Below, piece by piece: positions 48,332-58,535 of a DNA stretch of 64,000 bases. Both the position numbers and the translations under genes were made by a program. The stretch is from contig CAYYYG010000002.1 in the NCBI GenBank assembly GCA_964476135.1, positions 8,005 to 72,004 of the forward strand, in the 5' to 3' direction. The stretch is from an uncultured Gammaproteobacteria bacterium (lineage in GTDB: Bacteria > Patescibacteriota > Microgenomatia > UBA1406 > GWC2-37-13). How positions within the stretch are numbered: position 1 is the stretch's first letter; each line of letters opens with the position of its first letter. The notes under the pieces were generated by a model that did no database searches, was not told the DNA's origin, and saw only the letters and a list, made by a program, of their open reading frames with translations.

Positions 48332-49474
48332 CTACTTTTTTCTCATAAATGCAGGTATTTCCAAGGGGTCGTCTTCGATAAATTCGGTCTCATCAAAATC
48401 CTTCAGTTCGGGTTCGTTTTTTTGCTCGACGGTTGGTGCTGTTGATGCTGTGGAAACCGATGATTGCGTTTTCGGCTCTTCGATTATGGGGTTTTTTTTG
48501 AACTTGAAAAGCTGTACTCTAGCCTCATCGTAGCGCGTGGCGATCAGAGTAATTCTAATTTCATCTGACATCGATTCGTCAATTGCGGCTCCGAATATTA
48601 TATCGGCGTTTGGATCGGCTGCTTTTGTGATGAGTGATGCTGCCTCATCGATTTCTGCCATGGACAGATCGCGTCCTCCAATTACATTAAATAAAATTCC
48701 TCTGGCGCCCTCTATTGTGGCATCGAGTAACGGAGATGAAATTGCTTGCTTAATTGCTGTTATAGCGCGCTTATCACCCGATCCGACTCCGATACCCATA
48801 ATTGCGGTTCCGGAATTACTCATAACCGTACGTACATCGGCAAAGTCAACATTAATAAGTCCTGGGAGAATTATAAGTTCGGCAATCCCTTTAACTCCCT
48901 GGTGAAGGACAGAGTCGATTTTCTTAAAAGCTTCAAGGACAGGCGTTTTTTTGTCTATAACCTGAAGAATGCGCTGATTTGGCACAATTATTAGCGTATC
49001 CACCTTTTCCTTTAACTGGGAAATACCATCCTCGGCGCTCATACGACGCTTTGCCCCTTCAAATTCAAAAGGTTTTGTGACAACCGCAACTGTAAGCGCA
49101 CCCGTATTTTTGGCTACTTCAGCGACTATCGGAGCTGCCCCTGTGCCAGTACCACCGCCTTCACCCGCAGTTATAAAAATCATGTCTGCTCCTGTTATTT
49201 CTTCTTTGATTTTATCTTTGGATTCCTCAGCAGCCATTCTTCCCACTTCCGGATCACCACCGGAACCAAGCCCTTTTGTAAGCTTCTCGCCTATTTGTAT
49301 TTTCGTGTCTGCCTTATTATGAAGTAATGCCTGAGCATCTGTATTTATGGCCACAAACTCAACTCCAGGAATTCCACCTTCCGTAATCATGGAAGATATG
49401 GCGTTTCCGCCTCCTCCTCCAACGCCAATAACTTTAATCTTGGCCGCCTGGCCAGCATGTGGCTTAATCAGCAT
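48332..49474 (-). CDS. ftsZ: cell division GTPase FtsZ
   Basis: [13 protein letters not shown], the tubulin signature [10 protein letters not shown], and a C-terminal [13 protein letters not shown] peptide. Confidence 0.97.
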   Translation of the reverse strand: MLIKPHAGQAAKIKVIGVGGGGGNAISSMITEGGIPGVEFVAINTDAQALLHNKADTKIQIGEKLTKGLGSGGDPEVGRMAAEESKDKIKEEITGADMIFITAGEGGGTGTGAAPIVAEVAKNTGALTVAVVTKPFEFEGAKRRMSAEDGISQLKEKVDTLIIVPNQRILQVIDKKTPVLEAFKKIDSVLHQGVKGIAELIILPGLINVDFADVRTVMSNSGTAIMGIGVGSGDKRAITAIKQAISSPLLDATIEGARGILFNVIGGRDLSMAEIDEAASLITKAADPNADIIFGAAIDESMSDEIRITLIATRYDEARVQLFKFKKNPIIEEPKTQSSVSTASTAPTVEQKNEPELKDFDETEFIEDDPLEIPAFMRKK

Positions 49475-49484
49475 GGATTTGACT

Positions 49485-50759
49485 TTAAGGAATAAACTGT
49501 TTCAAGAAACTTTTTATCGAATCTACCGGATTTCCCATATTAACTCCCCGGAACATTTTATTAAAATTTTTCGTTACCGGCTGATGCGATTCGGGAACTT
49601 CTTCACGAGCATATAATACCAAACCTATGGTAGCTGCGTATTGCGGATCTAAAATTTCATCAACAAGTCCTGTTGCTTTATCCGGCACGCCAACTCTGAT
49701 CGGTAGACCAACGATCTTTTTTCCCATTTCAATCATCCCAACCGTATGTGCGCCACCACCGGTAATCACCAATCCTGAAGGAATCTGTTTTGCAAATCCG
49801 CTTTTTTCGATAGCTTCAGCCGCATATTTATATATCTCCTCTAGCCTGGGACCAATTATACCATCTAAGACAGTTTTAACCGATATCGGCTCTATTTGCT
49901 CGGGAATTCCGATTTCTGCTGTATTCAAATTCTCGCTGTGTCTGGTTTTGAGGTCTCCTTGCATTTTATAGCGATTGCTCAGATGTAATTTTATTTTTTC
50001 TGCCGATTGCAAAGAAACTCTGAGTCCGACCGCGATGTCGTTTGTTATATGTTTAGCGCCGACTGGCAAAGAAACCGAGTGCGATAGCGCTCCCTCGACA
50101 TACATACACATATCAACCTTGCCACCTCCAATATCTATAACGGCAACACCTAAATCTTTTTCAGTGTCCGTAAGAACAGCCTCAGCCGCGGATAAACCGG
50201 AAAAAATTTCACCAACAGGTTCTATTCCTAAATCTGATATACAGCGCTCTATGTTTTTCAGATTAGTTGTCGAAGCGGTAATGATATGCGTATCGATTTC
50301 AAGTCTTACCCCGGTCATGCCAACCGGATTGCGTATACCGGCTTGTCCGTCAACGCTGTATTCACGTGGGGATACCTCAATTATTTGTCTAGTCGTGGAA
50401 AGTGAAATCGCCCGAGCCGCTTCGATAACCCTCACAACATCTTCCCGCGCTATTTCACCCTGAGGATTGGAAACTGCCACCACTCCATGCGAGTTTAAGG
50501 AAGAAATATGGGGACCTCCAACCGATACGTATGCAGTTGTGATCTTGTGCCCCGCCATTCTTTCCGCTTTTTCCACACTCTCCTCGACGGCTGTTGTCAC
50601 TTGATCAATATCGACTATAAGACCTTTCTTGACACCCTTTGATTGTGTAGCATTGAAACCGATGATTCGTATTTCATCGTGTTCTTTTGACTCGAGAGCA
50701 ACGACAGTCGCGATTTTGGAGCTCCCTATATCGATCCCGCATATAATTTTTTCCGACAT
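49485..50759 (-). CDS. ftsA: cell division protein FtsA
   Basis: Actin-fold motifs [18 protein letters not shown] and LVITGGGA. Confidence 0.93.
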   Translation of the reverse strand: MSEKIICGIDIGSSKIATVVALESKEHDEIRIIGFNATQSKGVKKGLIVDIDQVTTAVEESVEKAERMAGHKITTAYVSVGGPHISSLNSHGVVAVSNPQGEIAREDVVRVIEAARAISLSTTRQIIEVSPREYSVDGQAGIRNPVGMTGVRLEIDTHIITASTTNLKNIERCISDLGIEPVGEIFSGLSAAEAVLTDTEKDLGVAVIDIGGGKVDMCMYVEGALSHSVSLPVGAKHITNDIAVGLRVSLQSAEKIKLHLSNRYKMQGDLKTRHSENLNTAEIGIPEQIEPISVKTVLDGIIGPRLEEIYKYAAEAIEKSGFAKQIPSGLVITGGGAHTVGMIEMGKKIVGLPIRVGVPDKATGLVDEILDPQYAATIGLVLYAREEVPESHQPVTKNFNKMFRGVNMGNPVDSIKSFLKQFIP

Positions 50760-50778
50760 AAAAATTTTTTAACATGAA

Positions 50779-51519
50779 TTACTGAAGTTTGAGTACAGGT
50801 TTATCAAACCGCAAATCAAGCGATACATATTCCCGACCTTCGAACTTCAGTTTTGTAATAATCGTTTTAATTTCGTACTTTTGGGCATCCGTACTCTTCT
50901 TCGTTGAAAATATGAACCTCTTATCACTAGAATTTAATACTATCATATCATTTCCGCCAATATCAACCGTATCAACGGAAAGGCCTATGCTGGGCAAGTA
51001 GCTCGCAAGATCCATCGCTTTGATCAAATCGCTGTGCTCGATTGCGTCTCCCACCTGATCTTGATGATAGTTAAGTTTCTGATAATAATTGATTATAGGC
51101 AGGTTGAGGGAATTAGAATTTTTGACTTTTTTGACGATAACAGACTCTTCACTAAGGGCAAAATATCCTTCATTGACTGTAAGAAGCGCGACAGATCGAT
51201 ATGGTACAGCTGCCACCTCAATAGTAGCAGGATATCTCTTTCTGACTGCTGCGGTTTTCACCAGCGGATTAGTTTTTATAATAAGTGATGCTAAATCCTC
51301 TTCAGAACTATAAATAGTACTACGGCCATAAAGCGTTTCCAAAAAGTACTTATTACCTCCATCTGCCGCTTCGGTGACTATTATGGTTTTTATCCTAAAT
51401 TGACGATCAACAACGACATAGACAACCGCAACTATAATTCCAACAAATATTAGTATTAGGTAAATAAAGCCGCGCCTACTTATTTTTGTATATATTCTTG
51501 GTAAAACATCTTTTAGCAT
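50779..51519 (-). CDS. ftsQ: FtsQ/DivIB-like cell division protein (TM plus POTRA)
   Basis: A single TM helix, then a POTRA-like segment. Positioned between murG and ftsA. Confidence 0.6.
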   Translation of the reverse strand: MLKDVLPRIYTKISRRGFIYLILIFVGIIVAVVYVVVDRQFRIKTIIVTEAADGGNKYFLETLYGRSTIYSSEEDLASLIIKTNPLVKTAAVRKRYPATIEVAAVPYRSVALLTVNEGYFALSEESVIVKKVKNSNSLNLPIINYYQKLNYHQDQVGDAIEHSDLIKAMDLASYLPSIGLSVDTVDIGGNDMIVLNSSDKRFIFSTKKSTDAQKYEIKTIITKLKFEGREYVSLDLRFDKPVLKLQ

Positions 51520-52604
51520 TATTTATCAGAATAATAAGATTTCAAAATTATATTAACAGTGTCACGTTTATAATATTCCTCGAGATTTTTAAAATTGTCA
51601 TGATATGTATGTATGTTATCCATCATATGAAAAACTGAACTCAATAAATTCTCGTGTGAATCATCCTGACTAAACAGAATGCCCGACCCGGAATCCTGAA
51701 AAATCTCCGCATGCCTCTCCTGTTCACCATGAGCCGACCAGGGAAGCGGAATAAGAATGGCCGGCTTTTTCAAGGCTACCAATTCAAAAAAAGTATTGGC
51801 GCCTGAACGGCCTATTACCATATCTGATATTGAATAAACATATCCAATCTCTTCAGTATGGAAATGTTGTTTAATGAAATATCTCTGTTTAAGTTTTGCA
51901 GGTAGTGAATCGCGGAGCTTAGAAATTCGGCTGTAATCATCAAATTCCTCAACATTTCCAACCTGGTGTATTATTATGTACTTCTCAAGAAGCTTACCAA
52001 TTATCGACTCGATAAGCACATTCACGCTGTGAGATCCAAGAGAGCCGCCGGTTATATAAATGACAGGGCTGCTTTTATTAATCTGAAAAGGCTTATCTAT
52101 AACATGAAAAATTTGATTTCGAATGGGGTTACCTGTGACCACTGTTTTTTCCTTTTTGAAATATTCTCTTGCTTCAGGAAATGCTAAAAATATTTCTGTT
52201 GCAAACTGCCCGACTAATTGATTGGCTATACCTGGTCTCACTGTCTGCTCATGCGCATAGACTGGGATTCTGAGGCACCAAGCCGCAAATGCGATCGGTA
52301 AACCGACATAACTTCCGAAAGTAAGAACTGCCTCGGGACGCTCATCTTTAATTATTCTGAAGGCTTTTATGAATCCTATGATTAGTTTTTTGATAGATTC
52401 CCCTATGCGTCCAGCCTGTAAATCTATAAATTTTATATTTCTCTTGTTAATTTCTTGAGCTTCAAAAGTGAGGTTTTTCTCGGAAGAATTGGCGAATTTT
52501 CGACCGACAAAAATAACATCTATCTTTTTATCGGTTGAGTTGATGATGGCGTCAATAACAGCTAAAGCGGGACTAATATGGCCGCCCGTGATAAGAAGTT
52601 TCAT
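51519..52604 (-). CDS. murG: UDP-GlcNAc:lipid I N-acetylglucosaminyltransferase
   Basis: MKLLITGGHISPALAV, ITGGSLGS and a GANTFFEL-type C-terminal domain. Confidence 0.9.
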   Translation of the reverse strand: MKLLITGGHISPALAVIDAIINSTDKKIDVIFVGRKFANSSEKNLTFEAQEINKRNIKFIDLQAGRIGESIKKLIIGFIKAFRIIKDERPEAVLTFGSYVGLPIAFAAWCLRIPVYAHEQTVRPGIANQLVGQFATEIFLAFPEAREYFKKEKTVVTGNPIRNQIFHVIDKPFQINKSSPVIYITGGSLGSHSVNVLIESIIGKLLEKYIIIHQVGNVEEFDDYSRISKLRDSLPAKLKQRYFIKQHFHTEEIGYVYSISDMVIGRSGANTFFELVALKKPAILIPLPWSAHGEQERHAEIFQDSGSGILFSQDDSHENLLSSVFHMMDNIHTYHDNFKNLEEYYKRDTVNIILKSYYSDK

Positions 52605-52621
52605 AAATTGATTTTAACATA

Positions 52622-53386
52622 TCAATTTTCCAGTATTGCAGAAGCGCTCCTTACAGCGGAATTTCTTGAGATCCGGTCAGCAACCCTTGGTTCATCTCCT
52701 ACAGGCACATCACATTCATAGGTTGGAAATTCATCGATTAACTCATGTGTACATCTGATCGCACCATTCGCCTGTAGGATTTCGTCAGATACCTCATCAG
52801 GAACACGTTGCTGAAAGACTACCCGCACCCGTCCTGGCACATAATTTTTTGGAATAAACCACGTTGCCATGGTCCATATCAACCAGATAATCGTAATAGC
52901 CAAGGCAACATACCAGTATCTATTATCGATGACCGCAGACTTTGCCGGAAAATCAGATTTGACTCTTTTTAAAGTGCCATTTGGATCGTGGGACAGGTCG
53001 GCTAAGTAAAGCGACATATCATCGATATTTTTCTGATTTACCCCAAAATCTAAAAATTGACCCATCAGCGATCTTGACTTTAAAAACACTTTATGCCGAT
53101 CCTCTTCAAAAAAGAGTGTGAGATTAACCTCCTGCACTCCCCTTGGGACAATACCCCATTTACCGACTTGAAAAATATATATTGTTTTTTCTTGGGATGA
53201 TTCTTTGTGCAAAAGCGACCAGCTATGCAAACGGGCGAAGTATGCGATATGTGAATCCAAGATGTCTGCAGGCAGCTTATCTGTTAGGGTTATCTCGACA
53301 TCGCTTTGCTTACTGACTCCCATAATCTGCATCAGATAACCGACAGCAGGAAAAACCACCATAAGCACAATAAGCGTTATTAACAT
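52622..53386 (-). CDS. two-TM membrane protein of unknown function embedded between ftsW and murG
   Basis: 254 aa. Two TM helices (residues ~3-24 and ~165-187) flank a ~135-aa domain, followed by a ~65-aa tail containing two Cys. The gap to the ftsW stop is 1 nt and the gap to the murG start is 17 nt. Confidence 0.6.
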   Translation of the reverse strand: MLITLIVLMVVFPAVGYLMQIMGVSKQSDVEITLTDKLPADILDSHIAYFARLHSWSLLHKESSQEKTIYIFQVGKWGIVPRGVQEVNLTLFFEEDRHKVFLKSRSLMGQFLDFGVNQKNIDDMSLYLADLSHDPNGTLKRVKSDFPAKSAVIDNRYWYVALAITIIWLIWTMATWFIPKNYVPGRVRVVFQQRVPDEVSDEILQANGAIRCTHELIDEFPTYECDVPVGDEPRVADRISRNSAVRSASAILEN

Positions 53387-53387
53387 A

Positions 53388-54497
53388 TTATTTTTTTATT
53401 TGACGAGCGATGTTTATTGCGATTCCCGCCATCATAAATGATGTTAACATATGTGAGCCTCCATATGAAATGAAAGATAATGGCACGCCGGTAAGCGGCA
53501 ACAAATTGACCATTCCGGACAAATTTACGACCATTTGGATGGCAAAAAAAGCAAATATACCACCTGCCAAGAGCTGTCCAAATCGATCTTGGGTGTCGCG
53601 GGCTACTTTATATATTGTATAAAGAAAGAAAAAGAGGGCAAACAGTAATAAAACCGACCCGACATATCCTATTTCCTCGCCTATAATCGCAAAAATCGAG
53701 TCCGTGTGCGCCTCCGGTAAAAAAAGATACTTCTGCCTGGAAGCGCCGAATCCACGTCCAAATATGCCACCTGAAGATAACGATATTAAAATTTGACTTA
53801 TATGATATGTTATTCCAAGAGGATCCAGATCCGGATCAAAAAAAGCCATTATTCTTCTGAATCTATATGGCGATGTTTTCGCCAAGAAATAAAATCCACC
53901 GAATGCAGCCGGCAGAAAAAAAAGTAAAAAATGAAGGTCGTAACCGGCCAAAAAATATATGGAAATACCTACCGAAAAAATAATAATTGCCGTACCCATG
54001 TCTGGCTGCAGGACAATAAGCCCCATCAGTAAACCCATCAGTAGTACGAATGAAAAAAACCGCTTTTTTTCCGGTTTGAGAAACCATGATGAAAGGTAAA
54101 TCACGGTTGCAACTTTGGCAAATTCAGTAGGCTGAAGCCGAAAAAAACCCAAATCAATCCAACGACGCGCTCCGCCAGCACTGTGTCCGAAGCCGGGCAA
54201 CAGTACAATAAACAATAGTCCGATGGCGACCGACATCAGGATTATGGATAAAGAATACAGTTTACGATAGTTGAAAAAAGAAAAAAAAATCATGGCGCAA
54301 ATTCCAACAAACAGCCAAACTGTTTGCCTTTTCAAATACATAAAACTGTCACCCGACTCGGTAAAACTCCTGACCGATGACGCTTCAAAAACAAAAAATA
54401 AACCAAACACCGAAATAAGAATCGGCATGAATACCAGCCAGCGGTATCTGCCGGAAGATTTTATTTGAAGTTGTTTTGTTTTTCTGGGTCTCATCAT
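53388..54497 (-). CDS. ftsW: SEDS-family lipid II flippase/peptidoglycan polymerase FtsW
   Basis: LQPTEFAKVATVIYLS, LQPDMGTA, PEAHTDSIFA and PLSFISYGGS. Start placed at the ATG forming an ATGA overlap with the murD stop. The track start at 54521 is also possible. Confidence 0.88.
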   Translation of the reverse strand: MMRPRKTKQLQIKSSGRYRWLVFMPILISVFGLFFVFEASSVRSFTESGDSFMYLKRQTVWLFVGICAMIFFSFFNYRKLYSLSIILMSVAIGLLFIVLLPGFGHSAGGARRWIDLGFFRLQPTEFAKVATVIYLSSWFLKPEKKRFFSFVLLMGLLMGLIVLQPDMGTAIIIFSVGISIYFLAGYDLHFLLFFLPAAFGGFYFLAKTSPYRFRRIMAFFDPDLDPLGITYHISQILISLSSGGIFGRGFGASRQKYLFLPEAHTDSIFAIIGEEIGYVGSVLLLFALFFFLYTIYKVARDTQDRFGQLLAGGIFAFFAIQMVVNLSGMVNLLPLTGVPLSFISYGGSHMLTSFMMAGIAINIARQIKK

Positions 54498-55738
54498 TTC
54501 TCGGATAACTTCTGAACCCAATATTTAAACTGGTCACCCTTTTCTTCAAAGTTTTTCCACAAACTGTAACTTGGAGAGGCACAAGACAGAAGACATACCG
54601 AACCCTGGACACCGTTTTCGAAGGCAGCTTTCACGGCCGATTCCATCGTGACACACCTAATTATTTTTGGTTTATAAACTAGATCTTTTAGTTTATTCAG
54701 TGCTTCCAATATTGCTTGGCCGGAATCGGGAAAAAGCACAATTACGGAAATTTTTTTTTCAGCAAGTACCTTTGCCAATTGTTCAAAACGGTATCCTCGA
54801 TCCTGACCACCCAAAAAAATTACACTAATATTATCGAGTGATTTTATCGCTTCGATCGTGGACTCGGGCGTTGTCGATATAGCATCATCATAGAATTTTA
54901 TCCCAGAGTAATCGCCGATGTATTCAAGCCGATGCGGCAGTGGTTTAAAACTAGAAAGAGATTGTAATATGTCATTTTCTGATACATCAAGCAGTCTTGC
55001 GACTGTTGCTGCTCCGCGGACATTCTGGAGGTTATGATCTCCTATCAGCGAGACCGACGATGAGGTAATTTTTGGCCAAGCATCGAAAGGTACAGGCACA
55101 GCGTGTGTTTGCCTTGTCCACTGCTCAAGCAGTTCAAATTTCTGATTGTAGACATAATAATTGCTTGGCTTTGAATATTTAATAATATTGAGCTTTGCCG
55201 CATAATAATTTTCCAAACCGCCATGGAAAGTCATATGTTCAGGGAAAATACTCGTCACTACACTTATATCTGGAGAGTATTTCAGGTCGCACAATTGGTA
55301 ACTTGACAGTTCGCAAACATAAATATCATTGTTTTGGTCATTATCAATTAATGCCGAGAGCATCGGATAACCGATATTTCCGACCAGTTTCGTCTTTCTG
55401 CCGGAATGGTTAAGTATATGGCTTATAAGCGAGGCAGTCGTGCTTTTGCCTTTTGATCCGGTCACTCCAATGATTGTTTTATTACCTACAACTGCGGAAA
55501 AAAACAAATTGGTAGCCGTAGTTGTCGGGATGGTAATTTTATCTGGCCTGACTCCTGGGGATCTTATAGCAATGTCGAATTTATTTTGGAACTTAAGGTA
55601 ATCGTCGCCGTCGTTTTGGTCAGTGACTGTAATATCAGGATTATCTATTTTTACACGAAGATATTTTTCGACAGAGAGTCCTTCTCGACCATATCCGACT
55701 ATAAGAATTTTTTTTCCTTTTAGCTTCTCGATTTGCAT
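54494..55738 (-). CDS. murD: UDP-N-acetylmuramoyl-L-alanine:glutamate ligase
   Basis: KKILIVGYGREG Rossmann start, GVTGSKGKSTT P-loop, and position between mraY and ftsW. Confidence 0.9.
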   Translation of the reverse strand: MQIEKLKGKKILIVGYGREGLSVEKYLRVKIDNPDITVTDQNDGDDYLKFQNKFDIAIRSPGVRPDKITIPTTTATNLFFSAVVGNKTIIGVTGSKGKSTTASLISHILNHSGRKTKLVGNIGYPMLSALIDNDQNNDIYVCELSSYQLCDLKYSPDISVVTSIFPEHMTFHGGLENYYAAKLNIIKYSKPSNYYVYNQKFELLEQWTRQTHAVPVPFDAWPKITSSSVSLIGDHNLQNVRGAATVARLLDVSENDILQSLSSFKPLPHRLEYIGDYSGIKFYDDAISTTPESTIEAIKSLDNISVIFLGGQDRGYRFEQLAKVLAEKKISVIVLFPDSGQAILEALNKLKDLVYKPKIIRCVTMESAVKAAFENGVQGSVCLLSCASPSYSLWKNFEEKGDQFKYWVQKLSEK

Positions 55739-55745
55739 ACAGTAA

Positions 55746-57074
55746 TCAAATTAAAGGTTTAATCGGCAGCGGATTCATGATTGTTTTTTCGAGTGCAGCA
55801 AAGTCTGGGTTGCCGGATAAAATTTCCTTCTTAAAAATTTCCATAGCGGGAGTCCCTGCATATCCGCCATTATTATATGCTCGAAACATCGCAACCTTAA
55901 CCTCATCAGGTGTACCTACACAGTCAAACGGCTTTACGCCTTCAATTCCAAGTAACTGTCGAAAGATGCCGCTCATTTTTGTATCCGCATACATATCGCC
56001 ACCGAATATTTTTATAATTTTTTCCTTAGATAAAAAAGCTGCCATACAAATAAATACGAACGCACATTTGGCGCACTTAAGACACCATTTTCTTTCTGAT
56101 CTCCCACCTCGAACGGACACACTATTACAGCTTGAAAAAACATTAAAATACTGTGGGTATTGAGTAAACATCTCAACTATTTTCAACTCCGAGTATTGAC
56201 GCAGAATTGATCCATATCTAATCGTGGGAGTCATGAATTCTTTGGAATAGTCACGGAACATCTGCTCAAATTCCGACGATTTACTCCATTGATGATTAAT
56301 CTCCTCACCCAGGAATTTCAGATTGCCGTAATCCGCACTGCGTTCATTACCTGTAAAAACATAAGAATATCCGTAGAGAGCTCCAATTAGCACTCCAAGA
56401 AAGGCGTATAAGGCAGATACAGGAACATGCCCTCCCATCGCCCGTCCTTGCTTTTCCAAAGAAATAAGCTGCGGATCGATTACTCTCTCAACTCTAATAT
56501 AATCTATACCCGCAATACGTGCGATCTCCTCCTCCGCTCCATGCCTACCATCGGTTGACACAAAAAATCCCATGACTTCAATTTTTTTTTGTTTAAGAAT
56601 CTCAATTGCAAGCGCCGAATCCTTCCCGCCGCCTATACCTATAAGTGCACGTTTTTTTATACCGGAAAAATTTTTTCCGCTGAAACCCGATTTGAGAGCA
56701 ACTGATGGAAATATCCTTAAATTACGGAAATCAACTGAGTTTTTATAAAAAAATTCACCGAGTCCTTTTCTATACAACGTATCCCAAAAATTTGCTTGCT
56801 TCGGGTTAAGTTCATAGTTGTCTATGCGAATATTTCTTAAACAGTGCATTTTCCAATAACTGACACCTAGTACTAGGTGCAGATTGAGAAGCAATATTTC
56901 AAAAAGCTCCCCGTCGATAGTTCTTCCTTTTTCAAACTCACGGGGTAAAAATAATTTTTCCTTAAAAAACATCCGCTCGCCGTTCACAGACACAGCATAT
57001 TCAAATATCATGGTTCTTGAAGGACCATGGTAAGAAAAACCCGAAAAATTAAATGTATTTTCAGAAGCCATCAT
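55746..57074 (-). CDS. PP-loop (adenine nucleotide alpha-hydrolase-like) protein of unknown function inside the dcw cluster; possibly MurL-like
   Basis: ALIGIGGGKDSALAIEIL is an SGGxDS-type PP-loop variant. A downstream Cys cluster SSCNS-x13-WCLKCAKCAF is present. No TM segments. The gaps to mraY and murD are 12 nt and 7 nt. Confidence 0.5.
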   Translation of the reverse strand: MMASENTFNFSGFSYHGPSRTMIFEYAVSVNGERMFFKEKLFLPREFEKGRTIDGELFEILLLNLHLVLGVSYWKMHCLRNIRIDNYELNPKQANFWDTLYRKGLGEFFYKNSVDFRNLRIFPSVALKSGFSGKNFSGIKKRALIGIGGGKDSALAIEILKQKKIEVMGFFVSTDGRHGAEEEIARIAGIDYIRVERVIDPQLISLEKQGRAMGGHVPVSALYAFLGVLIGALYGYSYVFTGNERSADYGNLKFLGEEINHQWSKSSEFEQMFRDYSKEFMTPTIRYGSILRQYSELKIVEMFTQYPQYFNVFSSCNSVSVRGGRSERKWCLKCAKCAFVFICMAAFLSKEKIIKIFGGDMYADTKMSGIFRQLLGIEGVKPFDCVGTPDEVKVAMFRAYNNGGYAGTPAMEIFKKEILSGNPDFAALEKTIMNPLPIKPLI

Positions 57075-57086
57075 CGATAGTATAAC

Positions 57087-58124
57087 TTATTTCAGCAAAG
57101 CGATTGCCAATCCGATCACTCCAAAAACTATGGATAGTATCCAGAACCTCATCACTATTTTGGGCTCCTGCCATCCTTTCATCTGCAGTAGTAAATGAAG
57201 TGGAGCTACCGGAAACAATTTTTTCTTGAAATACCTCTTGCTTAAAAGTTGGAGTAAAGAACTCGCAATCTCGATTACAAAAATCCCGCCTATTATGATA
57301 AGTGAAAACGGTTTACCAAGTATTAAGCCTATAACGGCAAAAGTCGCTCCGAAAGACAAAGCCCCCGTATCACCCAAAAAAATACGCGATGGGTATATAT
57401 TAAAATATAAAAATGCCATTATACCTCCGATCCAAATTGCAATAAAAAGCGCCATGGGCACATCGAGTATCGAATGAGCCACTACCCAAAAGGTAAGTAG
57501 GGCAAAAAGCAGCACACCTGAGGATAAACCATCGAGTCCGTCGGTAATATTTACCGCATTGGCGAATGCGACTATGACAAAAGTAGAAAAGAAAACATAC
57601 AAAAAAGACACTTGAAAAAGCCCGTAAAAAGGAATATTAATAAAATCAATATTAAGATCAAAATAAAGCCAGATCGAAATTATGAACGCAAGTATCAATT
57701 CTATGATAAGTTTGTGCCTCAACCTTAAGCCGAAAAATTTTTTTTCCTTCCAGAAAAAAATTTTATTTAAATCGTCATATGCTCCCAGAAAAGCGAAACT
57801 TATGAATGTAAATAGTATTATCTTTATTTCTGCAATAATGGAGGGGTAATTTGACGTGATGGAACGATTAAATATTACAAACAAGAATAGGAAATAAACA
57901 AATAAAAATGTTGTCAGCGCTACTATGAGGATTCCTCCACCTACAGGAGTGCCTTTTTTGTGCTTATGAAACATATCAAAAATAGGAGTAGGCATATTAA
58001 ACGCATCCAGAGTTTTCTGGAATGGCCGCTGAAGCTTCATTTTGTAAAGAAAATTTATGAAGGGCACGATCAAGGCAAAGTGGATGACAAACGAAATTAT
58101 CGTAGCAAATAAATATATAGACAT
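57087..58124 (-). CDS. mraY: phospho-N-acetylmuramoyl-pentapeptide transferase
   Basis: Polytopic membrane protein with HKHKKGTPVGGG, DDLNKI, NAVNITDGLDGL and GDTGALSFG. Start trimmed to Met-44 of the track ORF, which removes the overlap with dgkA. Confidence 0.92.
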   Translation of the reverse strand: MSIYLFATIISFVIHFALIVPFINFLYKMKLQRPFQKTLDAFNMPTPIFDMFHKHKKGTPVGGGILIVALTTFLFVYFLFLFVIFNRSITSNYPSIIAEIKIILFTFISFAFLGAYDDLNKIFFWKEKKFFGLRLRHKLIIELILAFIISIWLYFDLNIDFINIPFYGLFQVSFLYVFFSTFVIVAFANAVNITDGLDGLSSGVLLFALLTFWVVAHSILDVPMALFIAIWIGGIMAFLYFNIYPSRIFLGDTGALSFGATFAVIGLILGKPFSLIIIGGIFVIEIASSLLQLLSKRYFKKKLFPVAPLHLLLQMKGWQEPKIVMRFWILSIVFGVIGLAIALLK

Positions 58125-58126
58125 AT

Positions 58127-58492
58127 TTAAGGCATCGCTAAGCTTAATAGCTTTGGAACGAAAATGATAATGGCGATAGTCAGCGATCCGACCGAAAACA
58201 ATAGCATTGCACCAGCAGCGACATCTTTGGCAACCTTCAGATCCTGCCTCCATTTTGTATCGATGGCATCTGTAGCTTCTTCTATTGAGGTGTTTATCAT
58301 TTCGATTGCCAGTCCAAAAAAAACTAATAACATTATTATTAAAAATTCAAAATAACTTATACCAAGGATTACACTTAAAAAAACAGCCATTACTGACAAT
58401 ACCAGATGTATCCGAAAGTGCCTTTCGGTTTTAATTACCCAGGAAAGACCCTCGAGTGCATTCTTGAATGAAGCGGCGTGATGGCGTATCAT
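58127..58492 (-). CDS. dgkA: DgkA-family lipid kinase (diacylglycerol or undecaprenol kinase)
   Basis: 121 aa with three TM helices and EMINTSIEEATD, as in prokaryotic DAGK. Confidence 0.88.
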   Translation of the reverse strand: MIRHHAASFKNALEGLSWVIKTERHFRIHLVLSVMAVFLSVILGISYFEFLIIMLLVFFGLAIEMINTSIEEATDAIDTKWRQDLKVAKDVAAGAMLLFSVGSLTIAIIIFVPKLLSLAMP

Positions 58493-58535
58493 ATGTTTTC
58501 ATTTTACTACCTGCTTTCCACAAAAACATGAGAAT

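Noticed and set aside
48537-50463. Long antisense ORFs inside ftsZ and ftsA (for example 48537-48905, 49627-49971, 49975-50463), and similar ones inside dnaE, atpD, gatA, ileS, murA and the 606-aa gene
   Set aside because: These are shadow ORFs on the opposite strand of strongly conserved genes. They are Ser/Pro/Ile-rich, low-complexity translations with no motifs.
58125-58253. N-terminal 43 aa of the mraY track ORF (MEAGSEGCQRCRCW...)
   Set aside because: This segment overlaps the 3-prime end of the well-conserved dgkA frame. The MraY similarity and first TM helix begin at Met-44 (MSIYLFATII).
58080-58321. An apparent 1-nt register difference between my hand reading of the printed lines and the ORF track: an extra g at the 58080/58081 line break and one a fewer in the A-run near 58317-58323
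   Set aside because: The track gives uninterrupted, conserved MraY and DgkA translations through this region. This is most likely my own transcription error at line breaks, not a frameshift. Coordinates in this region are taken from the track.
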